Below are positions 29,736 to 39,381 of a stretch of DNA of 64,000 bases, one piece after another (within the stretch, counting starts at the first letter, position 1; each line of letters begins with the position of its first letter). The notes beneath the pieces are model-generated. The model was not told the DNA's origin. It worked only from the letters and a program-made list of their open reading frames with translations, and ran no database searches. The position numbers and the translations under genes were made by a program. The DNA lies in assembly GCA_963799485.1 (NCBI GenBank), contig CAWCXJ010000008.1, forward strand, positions 192,001 to 256,000. Direction: 5' to 3'. The stretch is from an uncultured Trueperaceae bacterium (GTDB lineage: Bacteria > Deinococcota > Deinococci > Deinococcales > Trueperaceae).

Positions 29736-31199
29736 TTACACCTCTTTCTTTCTCGAGTTTCGCTCTTTTATTGCAACCAAAAACAGGGCGCCGACTAAAA
29801 CGGCGCTGAGTAGCGGAACCCAGTCTCCCAACCGGACATAGAGGGTGGTCGTTTCGCTGAGGGCTACTTGTGACCGGAACGCCGCGCGGTCACCACGCGG
29901 AAACCTTGCAGTAACCCGGCCCAGCGGGTCGATAACGGCTGTAATCCCGTCGTTTCCGGCTCGAGCCAGGTAGCGGCGCGTCTCAATGGCCCGTACCCGG
30001 CCCATCTGGAAGTGCTGCTCCGCGCCTGCTGTGCGCCCGAACCAGGCGTCGTTGGAGATGTTGACAAGCAGATTCGCACCCTCTTTGACCATTGTTCGCG
30101 CCACCGCCGGAAAGGTCGATTCATAGCAGATGTAGGTACCTGCGCGGACAGCGCCCAGCGCGAGCGGCTGGTAACTGTCCCCCGGCAAGGTGCTGAGCAG
30201 ACCGGAAAGGCCGATAGCGGTAAAGATCGGGTCGTAGGCAAAGCGCAGCGACTGCCGCAAGGGAAACGTTTCGCCAAACGGTACCAGCTTGACCTTGGCG
30301 TAACTGCTCGTGACACCTTCTGGAAAACTATAAGCACGGTTTTGGTAGATACTAAAATCGCTGGTAAAGTAGGGCGCGCCGATAATGGTCGGGGTTTTGA
30401 AGCTCGCCAGTGCCGACTCGACCCGGGTATCGGTCGGCGGAAGTGGCGACGCACCCTCGGGCCAGACGACAAGATCGGCGGGGCCTTGCGCCAAGGCTTG
30501 CCGGGTGAGGCCCTCGTAAAGCGTGAGTTCGTCAACCGTGCGGCCCGCCGCCTTCTCGAGGGGGTTGACGGCTCCTTGAACCAGAATCACCTCTTGGTCG
30601 GGTGCCGGGGGTGCCGGACGGGTCAGGCCGTAACCTGTTCCGGCAACCAGCAACGCGCCCATCAGCAGTGCCGGTCGCCAGCGGTGCTCTCTCAGCGCTG
30701 CAAGCGACGCGGCTGCGCCGGTAACGAGCAAACTTATCAGGGCCACACCGCCCAGGTCGGCGAGTTGAATCAGGGGCGTCGGCAAAAAGGCGTAACCGAG
30801 CGTTCCCCAGGTAAACCCAAAGACACCTAAAGTGCGCAGATACTCCATCACAACCCAGGCGAAGGGCAGAGCCAACAAGGTATAGCGGCCTGTCAACTTA
30901 GCCGCGAGTGTGGTGAGACCCCAGAAGGTTGCCAGCAGCGGCGGAAGCAGTAGCATCGGCAAAACGATCACCGGCCCGAACAGGGCGGTGAAACTGACCG
31001 GTAACCAAAACAGATGAACAACAAAAAAAGCCGCGCCACCGAGCCAGCCCAGCCTGAACGCCTGACCGCGCGTCTCGGCGCGTGCGATCAGGCTGTACAG
31101 CAAAGCCAGGGGTAAGGGGGCCAAGAACGACCAGGGATAAGGCGTAACGGTAAAACCCAGCAAAATCCCGGCTGCCAGCGCCTGAAGCGGCGAGGGCAT
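29736..31199 (-). CDS. lnt: Apolipoprotein N-acyltransferase
   Basis: Catalytic triad motifs WPEG, K.KLVPFGE, ICYES; SNDAWFG, RAIE. Confidence 0.92.
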   Translation of the reverse strand: MPSPLQALAAGILLGFTVTPYPWSFLAPLPLALLYSLIARAETRGQAFRLGWLGGAAFFVVHLFWLPVSFTALFGPVIVLPMLLLPPLLATFWGLTTLAAKLTGRYTLLALPFAWVVMEYLRTLGVFGFTWGTLGYAFLPTPLIQLADLGGVALISLLVTGAAASLAALREHRWRPALLMGALLVAGTGYGLTRPAPPAPDQEVILVQGAVNPLEKAAGRTVDELTLYEGLTRQALAQGPADLVVWPEGASPLPPTDTRVESALASFKTPTIIGAPYFTSDFSIYQNRAYSFPEGVTSSYAKVKLVPFGETFPLRQSLRFAYDPIFTAIGLSGLLSTLPGDSYQPLALGAVRAGTYICYESTFPAVARTMVKEGANLLVNISNDAWFGRTAGAEQHFQMGRVRAIETRRYLARAGNDGITAVIDPLGRVTARFPRGDRAAFRSQVALSETTTLYVRLGDWVPLLSAVLVGALFLVAIKERNSRKKEV

Positions 31200-31319
31200 T
31201 TGCACGGCTTTACGGCTGAGCGTTACGATCTTGGTAAATTTGAACGACTGTTCGGAATGCACGCGCCAAGTGTAAAAGCGAAATGTAAAGCCGATATAAA
31301 GGTAAGCGGTCGAAAGGTT

Positions 31320-31352
31320 CTTTACAGAGACTTTACAGATTTCTGATAGCCT
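31320..31352 (+). promoter_or_regulatory. OmpR-type direct repeat plus -10, upstream of DUF305
   Basis: CTTTAC-N5-CTTTACA-N9-TAGCCT. Confidence 0.7.
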
Positions 31353-31409
31353 TGGTAACATGCGCAGCGCACAAGATACTAAAGTACGTTTGAGCCAGTG
31401 AGGAGGCTT

Positions 31410-32109
31410 GTGAAACACCTTAGACCTTTAGCAATCGGCGTAAGTATCGTCCTCTTTGTCACAGTTGTCGTTACCACGATGTTAGGAGCCACGAGACAGG
31501 GTCCGGCAAGCATGCCGGGTATGAACATGGGAGGAAACCCCCAGACTCAAACGTACCTTGATAAATTGCTGACGCGTATACCGGGTATGAACATGGGCGG
31601 AAACTCGGACATGAACATGGGCGGAAACTAACGATATGCCTGGTGCGCTTGCCGAGCTTGCCGAACTCGAGGGCGAAGCGTTCGAAGTCGCTTTTATGTC
31701 GGTAATGACCGCGCACCACCGCGGCGCAGTCAAGATGTCCGAGTGGATTTTAGACCGCACCCAAAACCCGGATTTGCGGGCGGCGGCAAAAGCGATTATC
31801 GCGGCGCAAGACCCTGAAAACACCAAGATGATCGGCTGGCTCCAGGGATGGTACGGGCGCGGCATAGATGAAACGATGGCCAAACCCGTAGAGCAAGAGA
31901 TAACTTCGAGGATCGGTGCGGTGGCAACCGGCGACGCCGACACAGCCTTTTTAAGAGAAATGACGGCGCACCACGACAGTGCGCTTGATACGGCGCAGCT
32001 GGCACTTACGCGCGCGACCCACGACGACCTGCGCTCTCTTGCACGCGACATCATCGTGGCGCAGGCCAAAGAAATCTATACCTTTCAGACGCAACTAGCA
32101 AGACGCTAA
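31410..32109 (+). pseudogene. DUF305 (CopM-like) copper-binding protein split by a +1 frameshift at about 31626
   Basis: 31410-31631 encodes a signal/TM and GMNMGGN repeats; 31636-32109 has two M.AHH..A motifs; deleting one A fuses them. Confidence 0.7.
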
Positions 32110-32370
32110 AATCCGTCTCCTGTCACTGTAATCTCAGCATCCTGCTTGTATGTCGTAATTTACGCATCGCAACCGACGGTACTGTACTCTCATATTCGTA
32201 GAGCTGCCCCGTACGGCTGCGTTCTCAAAGCTGGGGAACCTCCGCTCGAGCCGTGTCGGCTGCGCTCCGTGAGCGCAGCCTGGATCAAGGTGACACTTGT
32301 TATGTCCAACGACGCTCATTCGCAGAGCAGCGTGAGGCTAAAGATTGGCGAAAGAGCCCGTGCCTAGCAG

Positions 32371-35300
32371 CTAGTCCCCTGGGGAAACCGCTACCTGCAC
32401 AGAAGGCGCGGAAGCTGTCCTGCCACGGGCTGCCAGCTTGAAGCCGCCGAAGATAAGCAGAATCGCCAGCATTTCGCCTAAACTCTGCGCGCCGGAAAAG
32501 CCGAAACGGTTGAGCGTACCAACCGCGCCCATCGCTATACCGCCCCCGGCAATGAGGATCGTGCCCCACATGCGGTTAGCCGACTCGGGCCTACCAAACA
32601 GACGCCAGGCAGAGACGAGCGCGCCTAGTACAAGCATCGCTGCGCCGTAACTGTTTAGAAAGATGGTGTGGAACCGCGGCGTCGCTGCCAGCGCCGTACC
32701 CAGGTCGGGAAACGCGCGCCCACTTAGCTGATCGGCGGAGCCGAGTTTGGCAAGCTCGAGGGGTGCGGCGAGGGCTAGCGCCAACACGGCCCCGGCGTAG
32801 AAGACGAGCAGCCAGGTCAGCGCCTGCGCCCACCTTCTGGGCAGCAGCAGCCAAGCTGTGCCGTGACCCAGAAAAGCTGCGGCAAACAGTGCGCCCGCTG
32901 CGTACCAGCTCCGGTAGCTTAGCGGCGTCCACGAACCACGCAGGGCGTGCAGCAGACCGAGGCTCGAGGCCAGCGCAAACATGCTGATACCGAGCGCCCA
33001 CCAGAACCGGTGAGGTGCCGGTTTTCGGGCGTAATCACCCCAGACGAGCAGCGCCAAGAACACGGCGACAAGCGCCGCCAGCGCACTCCAGGAAGGGCTT
33101 TCACCGACCACGACGACACGCGGCGCAGCTGCTCCGGTCGCCTTAAACGTAGCAGGCGGACGCGCAGGCGCAGGGGGCGGCGCTGCGAGTGGAGCCAGTT
33201 TCGGATTTAGCGTGAAGTAGTACTCGGTGGTGCCACCGTACATGCTCGAGGTCTGGTCGGCTACGAGCAGATAACGACCGGGCGACAGCGCTTCGGTAGG
33301 TTTAAGCGTCAGGCGCTCGAGCTTGCCCGCACGTGTTCGCGCGACCTCTTGCAGCGGCGTCTCGTGCGCGTCGCTCAAAGCGACCAGGCGGTAGTCCGTA
33401 GCGTCGCCCGTGCGGCGGTCCTGCACGACGAGCGTGTCTACGGCGGCCAGCGCGAGCGAGTCGGGGGGAAAGTCGGCGGGCGCTTCGTACCAGGGGTAGG
33501 GCCGCACGAAGGCGTCGTTGGAGGCGAAAAAGAGGCCCCGCGACGCTTCGGGCACTGCGCGTAGCGGCGTGTACTGCGCCCGCGCGCCGACGCTGCCGCC
33601 CAAGAGCGGTACCAGCAGCGTCGAGAGCAGCGCCAGCCCCAGCACGCTCGCGCCCAGCGCGACCGCCGTTTTGCGGCGGCGTACCCGTGGCGGCAAGCGC
33701 CGCTGCAGACGACCCCCACCCGGACGATGGCGGCGGCGCAACACCAGCGCGAGCGCGAGGCTCGAGAGCAGCGCCGTTCCCGGAAAATAGTACATGTAGA
33801 CGCTCAGCCCGGCAGCGGTGAGAAAGGTGTTGCCGAAGGGACTAAAGAGCATCGGCAACAGTGCCCAGGCTACGCCGGGGCCGACCGCAGCCAAGGGCCA
33901 GCCCACCACCGGTACCCCGGCCAGAAACCAGCCGAGGCCCGGAAAACCTGCAAAGGCTCCAACAAACTCGGCACCGACCGGCAGCGCCGGGGGCAAACGG
34001 CGTAGTGCCGGCGGCAGCGGCCCGGTAACTCGTGCAGGGTAGGCCGCCACTGCGCTGCGGCTCTGAGCGCGAAAAGACCGTGTGTAACGCCACGTCAGCT
34101 GAAAGCACCGGAGCGCCCCAACCAAAAAAAGGCTAAAGCCGACAAACCCGAGCGCCAAGCCGATGGGTGCTACCGCCGTAAGCAGCTGCGGGTCAACCGG
34201 GTGCAGGTGGCTTTTTTCAGTCATCTCGGCGTTGACCGCGCGCCCACCCGCAGCCACGAGCAGCGAGGCTTGAATCCCGATGTAGGCCAGCCCCGCATAG
34301 ATAAAGAGCGCACCCCGCTCGAGCCACAACACCGCCCCGGTAAGTTTGTCTAAAGGCAGCTTGGGGATGGTGGCGAGCGCCAGCAGCACCGCCAGCGGTG
34401 TCAAGCCGCCCAGGATGTTGAGCTGCGCGTGTGCGCTCGGCAACACCTCGCCCAGCGCACCGGCCCGCATGTACCAGAGCTTGACGGCGTCGATAGCCTG
34501 AAAAGGGCCTTGCAGCGTGCCTACAAAAAGCGCCAAACCGCTCAGATAAACAGCCGTCCTGAGCGTCCCCGCCGCGCGCCGGGCCGACTGCACCATCGTG
34601 AGGATAAACAGCCACACCCCCGCCGTCATCACCAGACCGCCCACTAAGATGGGGCCGCTGTGAAGGAGTCCCAAACGCGCCACGACGGCCTCGGTTACGA
34701 GGCCGTCGTCGACTATCCGGTAACCCTCGTAAAGCCCGAGCAGCAGCAGCGAGGCGTAAAAGAGCAGGCCACCCGGTAACAGCACCCAGAAGATGAGTCC
34801 GGCGCGCCGCCGCGACACCGCCGCCAGGCCCAGACGCGGCCCCAGATAGATAAAAAACGCGATAGCGAGCATCAGCGTTCCGAGCACCAGATTGATATGC
34901 GCGTGGCTCACGGGGTCGATCATGCGCCCGGCGATCCCGGCAGCCTGAATCCAGGCCTCGTTCTTGGGCAAAACCTGCAACACCCCTTGCACGGTGCCGA
35001 CCGTCAGCGCTACCGTACCGACCACGAGGTATTTGAGCAGGTGGGCGTGCGGTTTTTTTTCGTCGACCCGCCGTGAAAACCAAACCGTCAGTACGGCGTT
35101 TAAGGTGTAGGTCCAGTAGCCGAGTCCCAGCATCATGCCGGTCACGCGCAGAGGGATACTGTGCCACTTGCCGACCAGCGCCTTGGCGTCGGCGTAAGTC
35201 AACCCGTTTTGCACCATGTTGCCCTCGACGACGCCTAGAATGAGCCAGGCCAGATAAAAGCCCGATACGCCGAGCGCCGTAAACCAGAACGACGCGGTTG

Positions 35301-35700
35301 CCATCCCCGGACTGTAGAGCGGGCGCTTGGTGATGCGGGGCAGCACGTACCAGGTGAGGCCGGTCAGCAAAACCGTACCCACCCCCACCACGAAGATATG
35401 AGTGTTGGACAGGTCTTTAGCCATCTCGCCGCCGTGGTCGGCGGTCATAAGCCACTGAAACACGCCCGGCAGGTTCTTGAGAACGCCGTGTAGCGCCCCG
35501 ACCACGAGCGCGCCCGCGCCGAAAAGCGCGTACAGCGGCAAAAAGCGGTCGTAGGCGGTGATTTGAGCGCCACTAAAGCGCTGCGGCGCGCTACGCTGCG
35601 CGTTTGCCGCGGGCACCAGCCAGGCCACCAGCCCGGTCACGGCCAGCGCCGCGAAGAGGATGCCGATGACGTCGAGGTTGTTTAAGCTGGCGACCCACAT
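32371..35700 (-). CDS. 1109-aa polytopic protein: heme-copper-oxidase subunit I-like repeats, a soluble domain and a C-terminal 7-TM domain
   Basis: WYVLPRITKRPLYS, GTVQG, SHAHINL, GTLQG, SAHAQLN resemble CcoN helices. Confidence 0.6.
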   Translation of the reverse strand: MWVASLNNLDVIGILFAALAVTGLVAWLVPAANAQRSAPQRFSGAQITAYDRFLPLYALFGAGALVVGALHGVLKNLPGVFQWLMTADHGGEMAKDLSNTHIFVVGVGTVLLTGLTWYVLPRITKRPLYSPGMATASFWFTALGVSGFYLAWLILGVVEGNMVQNGLTYADAKALVGKWHSIPLRVTGMMLGLGYWTYTLNAVLTVWFSRRVDEKKPHAHLLKYLVVGTVALTVGTVQGVLQVLPKNEAWIQAAGIAGRMIDPVSHAHINLVLGTLMLAIAFFIYLGPRLGLAAVSRRRAGLIFWVLLPGGLLFYASLLLLGLYEGYRIVDDGLVTEAVVARLGLLHSGPILVGGLVMTAGVWLFILTMVQSARRAAGTLRTAVYLSGLALFVGTLQGPFQAIDAVKLWYMRAGALGEVLPSAHAQLNILGGLTPLAVLLALATIPKLPLDKLTGAVLWLERGALFIYAGLAYIGIQASLLVAAGGRAVNAEMTEKSHLHPVDPQLLTAVAPIGLALGFVGFSLFLVGALRCFQLTWRYTRSFRAQSRSAVAAYPARVTGPLPPALRRLPPALPVGAEFVGAFAGFPGLGWFLAGVPVVGWPLAAVGPGVAWALLPMLFSPFGNTFLTAAGLSVYMYYFPGTALLSSLALALVLRRRHRPGGGRLQRRLPPRVRRRKTAVALGASVLGLALLSTLLVPLLGGSVGARAQYTPLRAVPEASRGLFFASNDAFVRPYPWYEAPADFPPDSLALAAVDTLVVQDRRTGDATDYRLVALSDAHETPLQEVARTRAGKLERLTLKPTEALSPGRYLLVADQTSSMYGGTTEYYFTLNPKLAPLAAPPPAPARPPATFKATGAAAPRVVVVGESPSWSALAALVAVFLALLVWGDYARKPAPHRFWWALGISMFALASSLGLLHALRGSWTPLSYRSWYAAGALFAAAFLGHGTAWLLLPRRWAQALTWLLVFYAGAVLALALAAPLELAKLGSADQLSGRAFPDLGTALAATPRFHTIFLNSYGAAMLVLGALVSAWRLFGRPESANRMWGTILIAGGGIAMGAVGTLNRFGFSGAQSLGEMLAILLIFGGFKLAARGRTASAPSVQVAVSPGD

Positions 35701-35822
35701 CAGCGGCGGCCCCCGTCCGGCCAGAAGGCGGCGGGTTGCGAGGCACCCCCGGGTAGGCCGCGCGCCGCGCCGGTCGTTTTTGGGTCGGCCTCAGCCGTGA
35801 AAAGCTGTTCTAAACGCATCAT
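35700..35822 (-). CDS. Small 40-aa ORF translationally coupled to the 1109-aa gene
   Basis: SD-like AGGGGG; TGATG overlap at 35700. Confidence 0.35.
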   Translation of the reverse strand: MMRLEQLFTAEADPKTTGAARGLPGGASQPAAFWPDGGRR

Positions 35823-35834
35823 TTCCCCCTGGCT

Positions 35835-36650
35835 TCAGTCGTTATCCGACGTAACTTGACCGTGGTTTACCAGCGCGACGAGCGCCACGCCGCCCAGCGT
35901 GTTGCCGACAAGCGTCGGCGTGAAATAGTCGGCGAGGTACGCGCCCCAGCCGAGTTGCCCGGTGACGGTCAAGTAGAGCACCTCGGTGGAACCCGCGATG
36001 ATGTGTGCGAAGCCGCCCAAGCGCACTAAGTAGGTGAGTAGCAAGACCACCCCGAGCCGCGCGTCGCCCGCGGCGGGCAGCAGCCAGACCACCAGAGCGA
36101 TGAGCCAACCCGCAAAAATCGCCCGCAGCATGATGGTCCAGAACGAGCCGCGCAGCGCCTCCTCGCCGATGGCGGCGAAAGCTTCTTTAACGGCGGGGTC
36201 GAAGGTTTGGCTCGTCCCGAGTACCCAGGCGACGAGAAGTGCCCCGAGCAGGTTCGCCGCCAAGACGATGGCCCAGAGCCGCAGCAGCTTCCAGATGTGG
36301 GGCAAAGTAGGCTGCTCGAGCACAGGCAGCACCGCGGTCAGCGTCGTCTCGGTGAAAAGCTGCTGGCGACCCAGGATGACGATCACGAAACCGATGGTGT
36401 AGCCGAAGCTCGTCAGCAGCGTGCGCCACTCCGCCTCGGGCAAACTGGCCCGGATGAGCCCTTCGGCGATGAGCGAAAACCCCATCCCCAGCCCCGCTGC
36501 CAGCGCCGACCAAAAAAGTGCCGCAGGGGCGCGGCCCAACTCTTCGTCGCCCTCCTTACGGACGATGTTGTGGACCAGCCTTGCAGACGGGCTGCTGCGC
36601 TCGCGCACCGTTTCGGCGTCGTCGCCTTTGGGTGCAGCCGACCTGCTCAC
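35835..36650 (-). CDS. Formate/nitrite transporter family (YfdC-like)
   Basis: RQQLFTETT, HIIAGS, GNTLGG. Confidence 0.85.
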   Translation of the reverse strand: MSRSAAPKGDDAETVRERSSPSARLVHNIVRKEGDEELGRAPAALFWSALAAGLGMGFSLIAEGLIRASLPEAEWRTLLTSFGYTIGFVIVILGRQQLFTETTLTAVLPVLEQPTLPHIWKLLRLWAIVLAANLLGALLVAWVLGTSQTFDPAVKEAFAAIGEEALRGSFWTIMLRAIFAGWLIALVVWLLPAAGDARLGVVLLLTYLVRLGGFAHIIAGSTEVLYLTVTGQLGWGAYLADYFTPTLVGNTLGGVALVALVNHGQVTSDND

Positions 36651-36717
36651 GTCTCAGCCGCTGTTGTCGGGCGGGCCGGGCACCGGGGCTGCATGTAGCG
36701 CCCGACTGCGCAGGTCA

Positions 36718-36903
36718 TCAGCGAACCCCCGGCTCGAGCAGGTAAATCAGCCCGAACCATACTGCGTAGGCGAGCATCATCGCGCCCAACAAAAGCCAGG
36801 TGCGGCGCGCCGCGCGGCGGCGCGTGGCGTCGTCTTCGTGGGTCTGCGGATAGTTCTCCCGGTGCTGTTGGTGTTTGTCTTGCTGTTTTGCTATCTTCGG
36901 CAC
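36718..36903 (-). CDS. Small single-TM protein
   Basis: SD AGGGGA before GTG; hydrophobic C-terminus. Confidence 0.55.
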   Translation of the reverse strand: MPKIAKQQDKHQQHRENYPQTHEDDATRRRAARRTWLLLGAMMLAYAVWFGLIYLLEPGVR

Positions 36904-36910
36904 GGCTCCC

Positions 36911-37216
36911 CTAACCCAGCTCGAGCAGGTACTCGACCTGCAGGTCACGCGGCGGCGGCTGCATCTCCTCGAGCACGTCCTGGGGCGTTTCGCCGCACCC
37001 GATCCAGGCCTCGAGCTGCTCCTCGAGCGCCCAGCGCACGATGGCGAGAATCGCAACTTCGTCCGACTCCGCCCGCCCCAACAGCTCCATGCTTACAAAG
37101 CCAGGGAGGCTCTGCAGCACCCCCTTGAGCGCGATAAGCGCGAAGTAAGCCTCGTCCCAGACCTCGCGGCTCAGGCGCGCCCGGGTGAGTTGCGTGTAGT
37201 GGGTCGCGGCGGGCAC
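36911..37216 (-). CDS. ABM/IsdG-like small protein
   Basis: About 100 aa, PGFVS, then a W...E...AW pattern. Confidence 0.55.
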   Translation of the reverse strand: MPAATHYTQLTRARLSREVWDEAYFALIALKGVLQSLPGFVSMELLGRAESDEVAILAIVRWALEEQLEAWIGCGETPQDVLEEMQPPPRDLQVEYLLELG

Positions 37217-37217
37217 G

Positions 37218-37580
37218 CTAGTAGACCTGCCCCTGCAAAATCTGCTGGACGGTCAAAAAGAGCGTCCACAAAAAGATGCCTACCCACACCCACTTCATCA
37301 CGCCTACCGGGCCGACGTGCTCTTGAAGGTAGCCGTTGTATTCCTCTTGCGGGTAGAGGTCGTTGCGCCAGCGCGTGCGGCCCTGCCAGCGTGTCAGTAG
37401 CCACAAACCGAGCGCCGTCACCACCAGCCAGCCGAGGTAAACCAGGATGAGGCGGAGGTTGTTTTGCAAGCTCAGCCACTCCCAGGTAACGCCGCCGTTG
37501 GGCGCGAGGTAGTAGTTGCTGTAGAGGTAGTCGTAGTAGGCTTTGAAGGCTTCGGGGGAACTGCCCGAGGGAACGTTCAT
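37218..37580 (-). CDS. Small 2-TM protein of the oxidase operon
   Basis: ATG overlaps the upstream stop, SD GGAGG, two hydrophobic helices. Confidence 0.65.
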   Translation of the reverse strand: MNVPSGSSPEAFKAYYDYLYSNYYLAPNGGVTWEWLSLQNNLRLILVYLGWLVVTALGLWLLTRWQGRTRWRNDLYPQEEYNGYLQEHVGPVGVMKWVWVGIFLWTLFLTVQQILQGQVY

Positions 37581-37924
37581 TTCAAATCCTCCCGCGCCCA
37601 GTCGGGCACCTTTTCCCAGGCCCAGGCCGGGGTTTCGTAGTCGGGTTCGGGCGTGAGCCAGAAGGTCTTGACCTCGCCCTCCATGTCGCTGAAGTAGCCG
37701 CGCCGCCAGGCTATCAAGGAGATGAGCAGCGCGGGCAGCATGAAGCCGAAAAAGGCGGTCATCAGCATCCAGTCGGTCATCACAAAGTCCGCAACTGCGT
37801 CCTTGGGCTGGTCGTGAGCGGCGGCCATCCCGCTGCCGAGGGCAAACACCCACAGCATCAGCCGGGGCGCACGCCAAGGCGCGAGTGAAGCCTTTGGTAA
37901 CACCGACTTTAGGGTTGGAACCAC
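37577..37924 (-). CDS. Small membrane protein (CcoS/CcoQ-like position; start uncertain)
   Basis: TM followed by AWRRGYFSDME, reminiscent of the CcoS W....GQF.D motif. Confidence 0.5.
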   Translation of the reverse strand: MVPTLKSVLPKASLAPWRAPRLMLWVFALGSGMAAAHDQPKDAVADFVMTDWMLMTAFFGFMLPALLISLIAWRRGYFSDMEGEVKTFWLTPEPDYETPAWAWEKVPDWAREDLK

Positions 37925-39381
37925 TGCAATCCCTCCGTATTCATGACCTGTTCGCGGCTCAAGACGTTGTCGCCGCGCGCCTGCGACTCGTTAAAGGCCT
38001 GCTCGAGCAGGCTGAAATAGGCACTCTGGATAAGGCCGGTGAGGCGCGCCAGGGTCAGCGGCAGCTTGCCGCCGACGAAGATCACGTCGTTCGGGTCCAT
38101 CCCTGGTGCCACCCAGTGCGCCGCCGCGTCGAAAGGGGTGGCGGTGGCGCTGTGCTCGGCCCCGGTTTCGCGCTCCGCCAGGGGATGCGCGGCGATGTAC
38201 TCGAGCATCGCCGCCGGGGGCTGCCAGTCGAGGTACATGTCCGGCGTCGGCAGGGTCTGCGGTTCCGCGAGGCTGCCGCCCGGAATGGTCTTCAAGAACA
38301 GGACCAGGCGCCAGATGTCCTCGACCGACAGGCGGGTGCCGAAGTTTTCCATGGCCGAGCCCTTACCCGCGGTCAAAAGACGGTGGTACATCTGTCCCGG
38401 CGAGGCGAAGAACCCCATTTGACCACTGACGGCGCTCGTGTCGGTAAAGTTGAAGGGCTTGGGTGCCAGAAAGGTCGCCGCGGGTCCGTTGCCGTTGCCG
38501 TTGACGCCGTGACAGCCCACGCAGCGCTCCTGAAAGATGACTTTGCCGCGCAGCAGGTTCTGCCGGGTCAGCGGCAGCGGGTTGTCGGTGAGCCAGTAGC
38601 TGCGGGCCATGCTGTTCATCATCCACACCGCCATCCAGGGGACGCCCTCCGGCGAGGTGTCCATGGCCGAGCCCGCAGGGCGGTAACTGCCGTCCGCCTG
38701 AAGCTGCTGAACCAGGTCGGGGAAAAAGGTGGCGGGGTCTTGGCCCATGCCGGTAATCAGCATCATCTTCTTGCCGACGTCCATCGCTGCGGCGCGGAGC
38801 AAGCCTTCCTTGCCCCCCTGAAAGCGGTTGTACTCGATGGCGTCACTCGTGCGGCTGTCGCTCCAGAACGAAAAGCGCGGCATCACCGACTTGGGCGTGG
38901 TGTAGCGCGGGTCGAAGTAGTGCGCCCGCTGCCAGTCGTCGGGGTGCTGCCCGCCTTCGTTGGCGAGGTCGGGGCCGGTGCGAATCGAGCCGAACAGGTT
39001 GGGCGTCCAGCCCGCGCCCGGCCAGTCGCCCGCTTCGGACGCCCGCGTGTAGACGAAGTACTGGCCCACCGCGACGTCCTGGGGCCTGGTGAAGCCCGAG
39101 TGGCACAAGTAGCAGCCCTGTTGCTGAAAGTTTTGCTTACCGCGCCAGGCCGCGTCCGAGAGCGGCGTCGCGTTGGGGCTCGGCGACGGCTCGAAGGTGG
39201 TCAGCGGCAGCACCACCACGAAGCCGACCACCAGCGCAAACACCAGCATCGCGCCCAGCGACACGACCAGCGGCTCCATGCGCATGATTTGCTTGGGCGG
39301 GTCGCGCCAGTTTTCGGGCGTGCTGGGCAGACCCGAGCGCATGCCCTGGTTGTCGTCGCTCTCAGGAGGCACCGAGTTCAC
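37909..39381 (-). CDS. ccoO: cbb3-type subunit II (CcoO)-like protein fused to a second cytochrome c
   Basis: GCYLCHS, GSIRTGPDL, SVMP; second heme motif CVGCHG...SAMENF. Confidence 0.8.
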   Translation of the reverse strand: MNSVPPESDDNQGMRSGLPSTPENWRDPPKQIMRMEPLVVSLGAMLVFALVVGFVVVLPLTTFEPSPSPNATPLSDAAWRGKQNFQQQGCYLCHSGFTRPQDVAVGQYFVYTRASEAGDWPGAGWTPNLFGSIRTGPDLANEGGQHPDDWQRAHYFDPRYTTPKSVMPRFSFWSDSRTSDAIEYNRFQGGKEGLLRAAAMDVGKKMMLITGMGQDPATFFPDLVQQLQADGSYRPAGSAMDTSPEGVPWMAVWMMNSMARSYWLTDNPLPLTRQNLLRGKVIFQERCVGCHGVNGNGNGPAATFLAPKPFNFTDTSAVSGQMGFFASPGQMYHRLLTAGKGSAMENFGTRLSVEDIWRLVLFLKTIPGGSLAEPQTLPTPDMYLDWQPPAAMLEYIAAHPLAERETGAEHSATATPFDAAAHWVAPGMDPNDVIFVGGKLPLTLARLTGLIQSAYFSLLEQAFNESQARGDNVLSREQVMNTEGLQWFQP

